Shown: in pieces, positions 41,791-53,650 of the stretch
Layout: every line of letters begins with the position of its first letter
Numbering within the stretch: the stretch's first letter is position 1
Assembly: GCF_009914755.1 (NCBI RefSeq)
Contig: NC_060944.1
DNA: 64,000 bases
DNA from: the human T2T-CHM13v2.0 reference genome, Homo sapiens
Strand: one strand, 5' to 3'
The notes under the pieces: generated by a model
Told to the model about the DNA's origin: nothing
Databases searched by the model: none
Seen by the model: the letters and a program-made list of their open reading frames with translations, nothing else
Program-made: the position numbers and the translations under genes

Positions 41791-44105
41791 ACTTCCCCAT
41801 GTGCAAATGACAATGGCTTAGGCTTCAGGAGTGTAGGGACTCTTTGGGGCACCATGTTAGCGTCTCATTTTTCAAAAGGCTAGACTTTCAGTGCTGTCTG
41901 TCATTTTCAGCAAAGGTGAGAGCTGCATTTGCATAAAACCAGGTCTCCGATTCTGCATTTTGACCCACAGGGGCAAGACTGAGCCTCCATCTGGAGGTGC
42001 AGCTACCACTAGGCTCCAGTTTCAAGGTTTTCTGAGATTTCCTGAGCGCTTCCAACCAGTTTATCATCTCATTTAATGAGGAAGAAGGAACAATTCAAAA
42101 CTATCACATCCCCATTATTCAAAGTCTCTCTAGCCTGGACTGGTGCAGCTCAGGACCCTAGTAACCTGATGATATTGGATATGAAAACCCCAGCAATTTG
42201 TAAACTGTCAAGCTTAATAAAAGGTCTTTGTGCTAATGGGATTGTATTGACTCGAGCATTATCAGAAGAAGAGGTTGATGGAATGCTAGGACGAAACGAA
42301 GACATGACACACATTTTGGGTGCATCTCCCAGGCCCTGTAAATTTGGGTATTGAATTGGAAGCGTAGCAGTTCATTGGCCATGACCACAGCTCACCGTGG
42401 CCACGCCCAGCTCTGCTCACTGTGCACAGCAAGGAGAAATTTGAGATTTGTTGTCCCGATACAGGCAGGAAGCATGAGCGTGTACGGTGTGTGTTCTTCC
42501 CACACCCGTGTCCCTGGACCCTTGCCAGGTCCCCTTTCTCTCCTATTCCCTCCCACGTGAAGCACCAGTGGCCAGCTCTATTTTGCGCCAGATGCAGACC
42601 CAATGCTATGAGGACACTCTGCTCAGCGAAAGGTCGCTCAGGGCTCAGGAGGCCACGTGTAGGAGCCAGTAAAAAGGGCGAATGTGCATTTGCCTTCCTC
42701 CTTCTCCTTTTCAAACAGCTCCCTAACCACCCAGCAGGCCTGGCTCTGCTTTCACACAGGAAAAGTCCATTCTGGCTTTCCAAGGCCCTCAGGCAGCCAC
42801 AGCCCTACGTGGCCTCATTCCAGCAGGAAGTGTCAAAGGAATTCTGCCCTGGGACATCTCACTTCTTTCCTGATAATGGGCCAGCACTGTCCTTCCTCCC
42901 CTTTGCAGGTCTGAGGGGCAGACACCATGCCGTGGTGACAGCGTGATCCCTTGATGGAAAGGCCACCAGAACCACTGGTAGTGCAGCTGGACACTGCGGA
43001 GCCCTGGGACCACACCCGCTGCCTCCCTCCAGACTCCTTAGGTGAATAAATGAAGCTCACTTGGGTGAAGACTTTTGATTAACGAAGCAAGATTCTTGTT
43101 GCTCATAGTCCCAAGCATAGCAAGCTGAGATGCTGTGCAGACCTCAGACCAGCGCAACCATCCACGTGGCATGTGCTGTCTTCATGGCTCACATCTCAGC
43201 TGTGGCTCACATCTTCATGGCTCACATCTCGTGGCCCCACAACTTGTGCCGTCGTGTTGCACATGAGTGCTGAGTTGAGCAAATAGCATCTTCTGCCTCA
43301 GTGGTCCCTGTCCCCCAGTGAGACATGGCTGTGCTTTGTTTCCCACTCACCATTGGTTTTGGACCTAGAAATCAGTTTCTGAAATGCCACATCCTGGTGC
43401 AGATGGGTAAAAACATGCACAGGAAAATCAAGCTACTGAAGGTCTGAGTACACCTGGCAACGTGCACAGATTTCGCTGTCCCTCTGGGCCCATCTCCTCC
43501 AATAGGACAAGGAGAGCCTCCCACACCTGATGCTGGGGCGTGGCCTTTGGACAGCACCTTCCTGGTCTCTAGGATTGAGAGTCCATGTATCAGTCAGGCA
43601 GGAAGATGGGGTCAGAAGGCTGTGGCAACTTGAGAGAGATCTGCCAGGTTTCTGTGAAGATGGCTCTGCTGGCTCCACATTTAGGAAGGACAGGATGGGA
43701 AGGGCCTCTGTGAAAAACAGAACTGGACAGACTCACGGTTTCCTAGTGGAGTTTGCAGTGTTGATGAGAACTAAGAACCGGCTCAACAGTTCCCTCTCTT
43801 AAAAACTTTCTTTTCTTACTAATATTTCAGAAATGTTGGTACCAAAAAGCCTATAATTTCATCAGAAAATATTAAGAAATGTTAACAACATGTAAGTCAG
43901 GAGAGAGAGCTATCTTTCCATATGAAAGCTCTCCGTGAGGGACAGTAAGAACACTGATCTCTTCCAGTTTCTTCTTGTATATGTCACACATTAAGCCTCA
44001 TGGGGCCCCAGGTGGCAGCAAGACTCCTGACAACAGGGTAAAGATCCTCACCTCTTGTTGGTTGGCCCAGAGTCTTAACAATGTTGGTTAAAAAATGTAG
44101 GGTTA

Positions 44106-44423
<318 letters not shown>

Positions 44424-44494
44424 TTATAGAAAGAGTTTTCATTGTGTGTGGATTTGACCAAGGATTAAATTCTGTACCCCTTTTCATATCACAG

Positions 44495-44748
44495 GTCTAT
44501 GCCGTGTGCCTGGCTTTTTCCAACCACTCCGAATTGATCATTTCCTAATGACCACATGGCTCAGAAACTCACAGCACATCCTTCTAGGGGCCTCTTTCTC
44601 CCAAGTCCTCCCAGGGACTTGGCAGCTTCATCTCTAAGGCCTGCAGAGGCTGTGGCTATGGCTGTCCATTGTTCTCGCTCCTTGGCTTCAGTTCAGAGCC
44701 ATCAAATCCCTGCAGCTCGCACACTGGAACATTCATATTTTGGATAAG
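44495..44748 (+). other. Candidate non-coding exon (254 nt) between inverted Alus
   Basis: Acceptor ccccttttcatatcacAG at 44494; consensus donor AAG|GTAAGT at 44748/44749. Confidence 0.45.
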
Positions 44749-45091
44749 GTAAGTTGAAAAATAATTTACTAAAAGTCAGTGCATCATCTTTGTAACATTT
44801 TTCAGCATCTTGACAAAAGTGAGAAGTCATTCTCAATGATAAAGATAGTTTTGCCAGTTAATTTTTCCCCAAGATTCTAAAAATATTATTTATTATTTAG
44901 GAAACTGGTTAATAAACACTAATTCTGGTGAAAGAAAATGCATGCTGCTACATAATTCATTAAATCCCAGTGGCTCTCTGCACACCCCGCCATTCAGAAA
45001 TGTTTACATGCTGAGCAAACGATTTTCAGTGTATAGAAATGAATTGTGGCTGGAGATTGCAGGACTCTGATCACCAAACTTTCCAGCCACC

Positions 45092-45391
45092 TTTTTTTTT
45101 TTTTTTTTTGAGACGGAGTCTTGCTCTGTCGCCCAGGCTGGAGTGCAGCGGCGCAATCTCGGCTCATTGCAAGCTCCACCTCCGTGGTTCACACCATTCT
45201 CCTGCCTCAGACTCCTGAGTAGCTGGGACTATAGGCGCCCGCCACCACGCCCAGCTAATTTTTTTGTATTTTTAGTAGAGACGGGGTTTCACTGTGTTCG
45301 CCAGGATGGTCTCAATTTCCTGACCTCGTGATCCGCCCGCCTCGGCCTCCCAAAGTGCTGGGATTACAGGCGTGAGCTACCGCGCCCGGCC
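45092..45391 (-). mobile_element. AluY
   Basis: gcaagctcc...ttcacaccattctcctgcc...ccaggatggtctc; CpG-rich; near-exact TSD ctttccagcc(a/c)cct starting at 45079 and 45392. Confidence 0.96.
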
Positions 45392-45623
45392 CTTTCCAGC
45401 CCCCTCTTACCTTATCATTGGTTTTATATTCAAATGTCACCCTGGGAGTGGCACAGGGAGGGAGGGAGCCCACAGCATGGGAAGCTTCAAGAGATCCTGG
45501 CATTTGGAGAAGGTGGGTGAGCCTGGAGTTCACCTGGAGAGATTTTTACTTTCTTCCACTTCTAGAAACACTGCCCATTTTTTTTTTTTGGTGGGTTTTG
45601 TTGTGTTTTGGTATTTTTTTAAG

Positions 45624-45846
45624 CAGTCAACAAAACAGCTTCTAGAAAATGGAAAACCCAGAGTGTGATCTACCAGGAGCTCCTGGTTTCAACCAGTTCC
45701 TTGCTGTACCTGCTGGGCCTGTGATACGAAGAAACATCATGGCTTCAATGGCAGCCTTGGAAATGAACTTCATTGAAAGGGAATTTACACTGAGGTTTAT
45801 GATTGCTGCTATGAAAAGAGTGCACATCCTTTCCTTCGAAACACAA
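45624..45846 (+). other. Candidate exon with a 66-codon open frame (MENPECD...SFETQ) running into the donor
   Basis: T-rich tract then tandem AAG/CAG acceptor (45621-45626); gaaaATGG at 45649; donor CAA|GTAAGT at 45846/45847. No protein family recognised. Confidence 0.4.
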
Positions 45847-45954
45847 GTAAGTAAGAGCCACATGTTACTGTGACAGGGCAGTATTTTAGGGATAAAGAAA
45901 AATTAGAACTATTTTAGTCTTCACTAGCATATACACACAAACACACACATATAG

Positions 45955-46395
45955 TTTCACCATTGATGGAATAATATGCAGCAGATAAAATGAATAAATT
46001 AGAGCTAAATACGTCTAAATTCATAAATCTCAAAAACATAACGGTATAGTGGTGAGTGAAAGTAACATGTTTTGGAAGGGTATATGAAACATGATCAAAT
46101 TACAATTTTTTAAAAACACAGGATAATACTATGTATCATTACTGGTCACATGCATGTGTAGTAGAAATATGAAAACATGAATCAAAGGATATCACCAAAT
46201 TTGAGAGGTGGAAAGTAGAATGGGCACAGATCTGAGACGTTTTCCATAAAGAATTATTTTCTCTCTGTACCATTCTATTTCTTTAAAAATATCTGAAGGG
46301 AAATGAAAAAAAATTAGTATTTGCTAAGTTGTGGTTTCAGGTCCATGGGTCTTTTTGACATTCTCCATACTTTTCTTTATATTAATCTTTCATGT
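45955..46395 (+). mobile_element. L1ME-type 3' UTR fragment
   Basis: atggaataatatgcagcagataaaatgaataaattagagcta...cataaatctcaaaaacata. Confidence 0.6.
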
Positions 46396-46719
46396 AATCA
46401 ATGGGGCAAATTTTTGTCTAAGAAAAAAGGGATCCAATTGACTTTTATTTAACTCTTTGGAATAAAAATACGAAGCCAGGTCAACCTGTAAGAATGTGAA
46501 TCAATTCCCATCTCAGATTCCTCATCACAAAGGCCTAAAGATCATGGGAGTGGGGAAAAGGTTGCACAAAAGGACACGATTTGTTCACTTCATACAAGTG
46601 TCCTTTGAAAATAGAAGCACAAGTAAAATCTTTTTTAAAAGAATTTTTTTGTTTTAATTTCAACTACTTTTTCAGTGCTGTGAATGTTCCATATGAAATG
46701 CTTTTCATGGTAGAAATTT

Positions 46720-47935
46720 CTTTTTTTATTGTATATATTTATGGTAAACATGACGTTTTGAGATATACATATATGTAAATATATGTGTATATATATCTCA
46801 CTAGATATATGTTACTATACATTTAATGAAATTATTATCATGGTCAAGCAAATTAACAAAGCCATCATCTCTTATAGTTACTTGTGTGTGTAAGAGACAG
46901 GTAAGAGCATCTAAAATCTATTCTCTTACCAAATTTCCAGTAAAACACGATATTATTAACTGCAGTCATCATGCTGGATATTAGAGATCTAGACTTATTC
47001 ATCATATATGACTGCAACTTTGTACCCATGACCTACATCTTCCCATTTTCCCCCCATCCTAACTCTGGTAACCATCATTTTACTTTCTGTTTCTATGTAT
47101 TTGACTTTTTTTAGACTCCACTTATAACTGAGTTTCCTGCAATATTTTTTCTTTTTGTGCCTGGCTTATTTCAGTTGGCATAATGTCCTACAGTTTCACC
47201 TATGTTGTCGCAAATGGCAGGATCTTCTTTTCTAAGGCTGAATAGTATTCCATTACACACACACACGCACACACACACAGCAATTTATCCATTTACTTAG
47301 GTTGTTTTCATATCTTGGCTATTGTCCATGATGCTGCTGTGAGCATGGGAGCACAGATACCTTCATATGGTGCTGATTTCATTGCCTCTGGATGCATATC
47401 TCGAGGAGGGATTGCTGGACCGTAAGGTATTTAGCTCTAGTTTTAATTTTTTGAGGAAACTCCATACTGTTTTCCATGATGTCTGCATCAATTTACATTC
47501 CCACCAACAGTGGATGGTGGCTCCTTTTCTCCAGACCATCACCAACACTCATCATTTCTTGTCTTTTTGATAATAGGCATTCGAACAGTTGTGAGGTGAT
47601 ATCTTATTGTAGTTTTGATTTGCATGTCTCTGATGTTTTCTGATGTTTCTCTGATGTTGAGCACCTTTTTGTAAGCCTGTAGGCCGCTCGTATGTATTCT
47701 TTGGAGAAATGTCTATATAGGTCTGTTGCTCACTTTTAAGGAGGTTTTGGGGTTTTTTGGTATTAAGTTGTAGCAGTTCCTTATACAATTTGGATAGCAA
47801 CTCCTCATCAGATAGATGGCTCACAAATATTTTCTCACAATCTGTAACCTGCCTTTAATTTTGTTGATTGTTTCCTTTGTTGTGAAGAAGCTTTTAAGTT
47901 TGATATAGTCCCATCTGTTTATTTTTGTTTTTTGT
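46720..47935 (-). mobile_element. L1MA (MA8/MA9-like) 3' end and ORF2 C-terminus; non-inverted arm of a 5'-inverted insertion
   Basis: 3' UTR tctaaaatctattctcttaccaaatttccagta; ORF 47363..47548(-) HCWWECKL zinc-knuckle region. Confidence 0.88.
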
Positions 47936-47937
47936 TA

Positions 47938-49000
47938 GTACTGTAAGTGCTAGCAAGGACAGACAAGAAAAAGAAATATAAGGAAACTAAATTGGAAAGG
48001 AAGAAGTAAAATTATCTCTATTTGCAGATGACTTCATTCTATATGTAGAAAACCCTAAAGACCACCCACACCCACACACAAGTGTGTATGCACGTGCATA
48101 TGCATGTGCATGCACACACACACAGATACACACCCACACACCGCTGTTAGAAATAAGAAGTGAATTCAGTAATATTGCAGGATACAAAATCAACATACAA
48201 AAATCAATTGCATTTTTTTACATTAATAATGACCTATCTGAAAAGAAAATCGAGAAAGTAATCCCATTTATGATAACATCAGAAAGCATAAAATACTTAG
48301 AAATAAATTTAACCAAGGAAGTGAAATATTTGTACACTGAGAACTATAAAACATCGATGAAATAAATTGAAGAAGACACGAATAAATAAACAGATGTCCA
48401 GTGTTAATGGACTGGAAGAATTCATATAGTTAAAATGTCCATACTACCCAAAGCAATCTACAGATTTAATGCAATCCTTATCAAAATTTTCTTTACAGGA
48501 CTAGAAAAAAAAAACTCTAAAATTCATACGGAACCACAGAAGACCCTGAATAGCCAAAGCAAGCTTGAGAAAAAAGATTTAAAAGAAAAGCTGGAGACAT
48601 CACAGCTCTTAGGTCAAATTATACTACAAAACTATGGTAATCAAAACACTAAGGTACTGGCATAAAAACAAATACGTAGACAAATGGAACAAAACAGATA
48701 GCCCAGAAATAAGCCCAACCATACATGGTCAACTAGTTTTCCACAAAGGCACCAAAGAATCATAATGAGGAAAGGATGGCCTCTCCAATAAATGACCTTG
48801 AGAAAACTGTATATCCACATGCTAAAAAAAGAAAAAAAAAAAAAAAAAGGAAATTGGACCCTTCTCTTCCAACATGCACAAAAATCAACTCAAGATGGAC
48901 TAAAGACCTAAATGTAACACCTGAAACCATAAAAGTCCTAAAGGAAAACACACAGGAAAAACTCTATGACATTGGCCTTGGCAGTGATGTTTTGGATATT
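47938..49000 (+). mobile_element. L1 ORF2 RT segment; inverted arm of the same L1MA
   Basis: cta ttt gca gat gac = LFADD at 48018-48032; ORFs 48084..48365 (EFSNIAGYKINIQKS), 48435..48665 ([14 protein letters not shown]) and 48776..49009 ([13 protein letters not shown]); CA/TG microsatellite at about 48060-48142. Confidence 0.9.
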
Positions 49001-49276
49001 TCAAGTTAACTCGTCATTCACTGACTCCACATAAAATCCATCCCTCAAATATTCTCAGAACCTATCACCAAGACTGTGATCACTTCTTTGGGATGCTTTA
49101 AAGTTAATTAGGAAAAATAAAACTGGGTTTTACCTTTGAAAAACTTTCTAACTGTACTGATGTGCTCAAATAGATGGACACATGAATGAAAAATCCAGAA
49201 TTTATTCTTTCCATGTGGTCTAGGTCCCTCCATATGTTTCTCTGGATTTTGCCATTCACTGAATGCACACGAACAC

Positions 49277-49780
49277 TGAATTTACTCTCTATTGCTGTGT
49301 AACAAGTTATTGTAAAATGTATTGGCTTAAAACAACAAATACCATTTTTGCAGCTTCTGTGGATCAGGAATCATGAAGCAGCTTAGTCGGGTATTTCAGG
49401 CTCAGGGCCTCTCATGAGGTTGCACTGTAGATGTGAGCCAAGGCTGCCGTCATCTGAAGACTGGACTAGGGATGGAAGCTCTGCATTTGGGATCATACTC
49501 ATGGCTGTGGCCCGGAGGCCTCATTTTTTCACCCTTGGGCCTCTCCGTGGGGCTGCTGCCAACAGGGCCTCCCTAGAAGGAATGACCCAAGAAGAAGAAA
49601 GAAAGACCAAGCTAGAAACCACCGTGTCTTTCATAACCCAATATCAGGAATGAAGAAGCACCTCTTCTGTGTTCTTTTGGTCTCGCAGACCAACCCTGGT
49701 ACCATGTGGAAGGAAATTACACAAGAGTGTGACTATCAGGAATTGAGGATCACTGGGGCACCTGGAGGCTGGAGTCTACA
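49277..49780 (-). mobile_element. MLT1F-type MaLR LTR
   Basis: ctattgctgtgtaacaa...ggcttaaaacaaca...cttctgtggatcaggaat...gtcatctgaagactggact...tgaggatcactggggca. Confidence 0.8.
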
Positions 49781-50084
49781 GGTACTTTATGGCGAGTCAT
49801 GGCGATGGTGAGGAAGCAGCTACTTTCATCACAGGTAAAAACTGATACACAAAACACACAAACAGAGAGGAGCCCTATATTTCTGCTTCTCCTTCAGGGT
49901 GAATAGCAGCCACCATTCACCCTACCAGAGAGATGTTCTTTATTTTTTTATTGCTGGCTGGATCTTAGGCAAAATAAGCCTCTCCTGTTTCCCCAGTTGA
50001 GGACAATTGAGAAAGGCTTATGTTTGCCAAAGAATATCTCATGCTAGCAACAAAACTTTTAAGGAAATAATTACAGAAAGCACA

Positions 50085-50188
50085 CAACACCCTACAGTGA
50101 GCAGAACGCAGCTCCTTCCCTCCACCCACCTCCCCACTACAGAGAATGATCCAGCCCAATGCCAAAAGCACTGAAGCCGGGAACCCTG
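50085..50188 (+). mobile_element. MER20 3' half
   Basis: cctacagtg...ccccactacagagaatgatccagcccaatgccaaaagcactgaag...gaaccctg. Confidence 0.7.
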
Positions 50189-50189
50189 A

Positions 50190-50475
50190 CTGAGATCTCA
50201 GCTTCAATGCTCCTTCCTCAGAGACCTTTCTGTCCCTGACCTTTCTGAGGAGTATACCCTCTTTTTATGGGCCCTCAAAACCCCCTCCCTGTGGCATTTG
50301 TTTTAGTTAACAATTCTACACTTATGCATGTGAATTTGTGATTAGCATCCATCTCCCCCATCACAGTTATGAGGGCGAGAGCTAGTTTCCTCCCTGTTGT
50401 GCAGGGCACATAGCACAACGCCTGGCCCCGTAGTCAGGCTCACTAAATATTTGCTGAAAGTAGAAATGAATAAAC
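50190..50475 (+). mobile_element. L2 3' end
   Basis: tctcagcttcaatgctccttcctcagagacctttc...catagcacaacgcctggccccgtagtcaggctcactaaatatttgctgaa. Confidence 0.75.
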
Positions 50476-50927
50476 AGGACTGTAGCTTCTAGGGGCTTCT
50501 GTGGGAGCCAGTATCGCCATTCATACCTGGGGATTATGGGATATTTTCAACAAAAACATGCACTTTGCACAAAGTGAAAGTCAGAGCCTGGAGCCTGTGC
50601 AAACGGTGCCTTGAGCAGCTCTACGGCGAGTGTGAGGATGCAGTCAGGGGTCCTTCAGCAGGAGCCGGGGCATCCTGCAGAACACAGGGCCGGGATCTTC
50701 AGATGTGCAGCAGGGAGGGGGCTTGGCACAGCCCCATGAGTTTGAGAAGCTTGAGGCATTAAGGTGAGTTTCTTGTGGTGCAGCGCGCCAGCAGTGAAGG
50801 GAAGTGGTTCTCTCTCCCCTCATGCACAGACACGCACAATGTCCAGGATCCAGGCAGAGAAGCTTCATCAAAGTTGTCTGTGTTTTGCCGCAGCCGAATA
50901 AAAGCTGTAGGCTTTTCTAAGAAGGGT

Positions 50928-50935
50928 TATAAAAG
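50928..50935 (+). promoter_or_regulatory. Consensus TATA box (TATAAAAG) in a locally CpG-retaining unique segment
   Basis: gggtTATAAAAGggagcagccg; motif only. Confidence 0.25.
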
Positions 50936-51169
50936 GGAGCAGCCGTGAAGCCCGTGGACAAGTCATCAATTACAGCAATTACAGTAGCACCATAACCTTC
51001 CCAGGCTTGCTGGAGGGAGGTTGCTGTGGCCACAGGAGGTGCACCGCGGATTACAGGACTAAAGGCCTTCTCTGCTTCTTCACAGTGATCCATCTCTGCC
51101 CAGCACCCAAGTACTGAGTTAACCTACAACGTGGTTCAGAATTAAAACATAAAATGCCAGGGCCCTCCC

Positions 51170-51690
51170 CCAGTTAGCAGTATTGGTTGGAAACATGTTT
51201 AGCAGTGAGTAACAGAAGTCCCAAGAAATAATGGCTAAAACAAACAAGAGTATGTGTCTTCACATAGTAAGGTATCAAGAGGTGGCTGTCACTTTAAGTT
51301 CACTTTCTCATGGATGCCATCAAACACCAGGTTTATTCAACCTTCATGCACTGCCATCACCTTCCCATCCACGGACTCTTCCGACATCTGCTGAACGTCA
51401 TCACAAGGGGGCTGCCATAGCTCCACCCGTTGTATCAGCATTCAGGGAAGGAGGACAGTGCCAACAATATGTCTGCTCATTTTTTTAAGAGAGGAAAAGA
51501 CTCTCCTGGAAGTCCACGGCAGCATTATGCTTACTTCTTACTTGCCAGAACTTTGTCATATGGTCAGACTTTAAAGCAGAGAGGTAAGAAAATAAATAAT
51601 CCATCTTCAAGTCTCTATAGTGGATGGCATCAGAAAAGGGGGCAGGGATGCCTGTTTTATAAGTCATCTCACGTTTTCTGCTGCGTCAGC
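51170..51690 (-). mobile_element. MLT1J-type MaLR LTR
   Basis: agtaacagaa...aatggctaaaacaa...gctgccatagctccac...ttgccagaactttgtcatatggtca. Confidence 0.65.
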
Positions 51691-51794
51691 CAACTTAATA
51701 ATTAATCTACATTGCCCCCCATTTACATTTTTTGCAAAGCAAAAATGGCAGACTTACACCAGAACCCTAAGGGTACCATGACACCATGCAGGCT

Positions 51795-52410
51795 TTCATT
51801 CATTCCTTCATGCTTCCATTCCCTTATTCATTCATTCATATCACAAATATGTGTTGGTGGCCTCCTGTATTTCAGGCCTTTGCTGTCAGTGGAATACAGC
51901 AACACACAAGACAGACACAGTTGCCTTCCCGCTGAGGCTGGACGTCTACAAAGAAACTCTGGACAGCTATTTGCCAAGGCGATGGGCACTACAGATGAGA
52001 CGCACAAATGATATGACTCATGGGTGACGCTGGGCAAACCTCGGTGGTTGAGTCCTGTTGGGTTTTCTCATAGGAGGTGAGTTGGAAGCGGAGACCTACA
52101 AGTAGGTCAGATAGGATGGTGTGAAAAGAGCCCCACCCAGCCTACAGGGACCACATGTAGGGATAAAGAAAGGAGCAGGATAATTTCCAAGGACTAGAAT
52201 CCCAGCTTGGTTGGAGTTCAGAGCCTGAGAGCAGAATTTTCTCCAGGACAAGGCAGAAGGAACTTGCGGGAAGCTTCCCCTATCACCCCTGCTCCCCACA
52301 CCTGTAGAGATTAAATGAAGATATCTGTTTCTTAAGCACCTGTACCCCCACCACAGCCTCTGGAATGTGATAGGCATGTATTTGATGAATGAATGAATGA
52401 ATGAATGAAT
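51795..52410. mobile_element. Two L2 3'-end fragments in opposite orientation
   Basis: (TTCA)n start at about 51795 (minus) and (GAAT)n end at 52387-52410 (plus). Confidence 0.6.
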
Positions 52411-53650
52411 TTCACTCAGCTGACTCTCTCTAAATTCCAGCTTCCAGTCTGCCTCTTCTGTTGCACAGAAAGCTTTGAGAACCCAGGCTAGGTTTACCAG
52501 TTGTTTCTTCTGAGTCTAACACAAAAGACATGCTTATTAATAGCTGTGGAATTGATTTGAATTACATGCAAACTCCCTCAGAAAAAGACCCATGTCTAAC
52601 TGATCTTTGTACCCTTCATCCTTGTACTTCAAAGACTTGCACATATGCGTCTTCCATGCACATTGGGTTGGGGAGGTGGTGAAAAAGAATGAAGGAAGCC
52701 ACACTCAACCCGGTTTCCACACTCTCTCCTTCGCTCCTTAGCAGCCACTGGGTGCATAGGAAAGGGCGGTCTTGTTCTCCCCTAAAGCCCCTGAAGCCCA
52801 TGTTTATTTATAGCCAGATTTCTGACACAGACAGACCCCTCTGAAGAACCATTAAAATGAGTTCTAAGTAATGAACATCATACCATGTAGCAGAGACATC
52901 CCCCACTACTTCAAATTTCCTGCCAAAACATGCCAATACACTGGAAGCCAATTTATTCTAAATTACCAAACTATGCACTTGCAGTTAATGAAAAGGCTAT
53001 TTCTGAAGATGTGTGCGTGCACACTGATATATTCAGAAGCAAATGACACCCGTGCTGGTGGATACACGTTGGTATTTCACACAACCTCATTTAAAACCTG
53101 CAAGGGACTCAGCCTAGATTAACTGCAGACTTCGGCAGTCATGAGGGATATGACTAAAAGCCCTTTGAGAGAGGAAATCCTCTTAATAATATTGCTCTGC
53201 CCTGCTGGGAAGAGACAGGGTGAGCCGGCACCTGCCCATCTCTCTTGTCTTGCCCTCTCCTCTGCCTCACTCTGACAGTGGAGGGGCTGCAGGTTGTGTC
53301 AGGTGGTGGGCTCTGTAAGGTCGACAAGCAACCTGGAAATTTAGGTGGCTGTCTTAGACCTATTTCTCTCTATCTAGGTGGGCCAGACTCAGCCTCTGTT
53401 CTTCCTGAGCCTGGGTTTCTCTTCTGAAAGCCCACAGCTAGGTCAGCAGGGCCAGCCTGGGCATCAAGTGGAGACCACAGAAGGAGCCAAGCACACACAG
53501 GCCACAGCCAAGCTCAGCCTAGCCCTGGGGCTGGAACCCTGAGTCCTGTTCCGTGGACAGCATCTTCCCAGCCCCCTCCTTCCCCAGACCCAGTTGGCAT
53601 CGTTGGCATCCAAACTCCACTTCCTGATCCCAGGCCCTCAGTGCCTTCCT

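Noticed and set aside
42286-42946. Overlapping 165-aa (-) and 174-aa (+) ORFs
   Set aside because: No recognisable domain; Cys/Arg/Pro-rich composition typical of random GC-rich DNA; starts appear non-ATG; no splice framing.
47938-49009. Reverse transcriptase-like ORFs as a novel RT system
   Set aside because: Ordinary L1 ORF2p remnant with frameshifts, stops and a microsatellite insertion.
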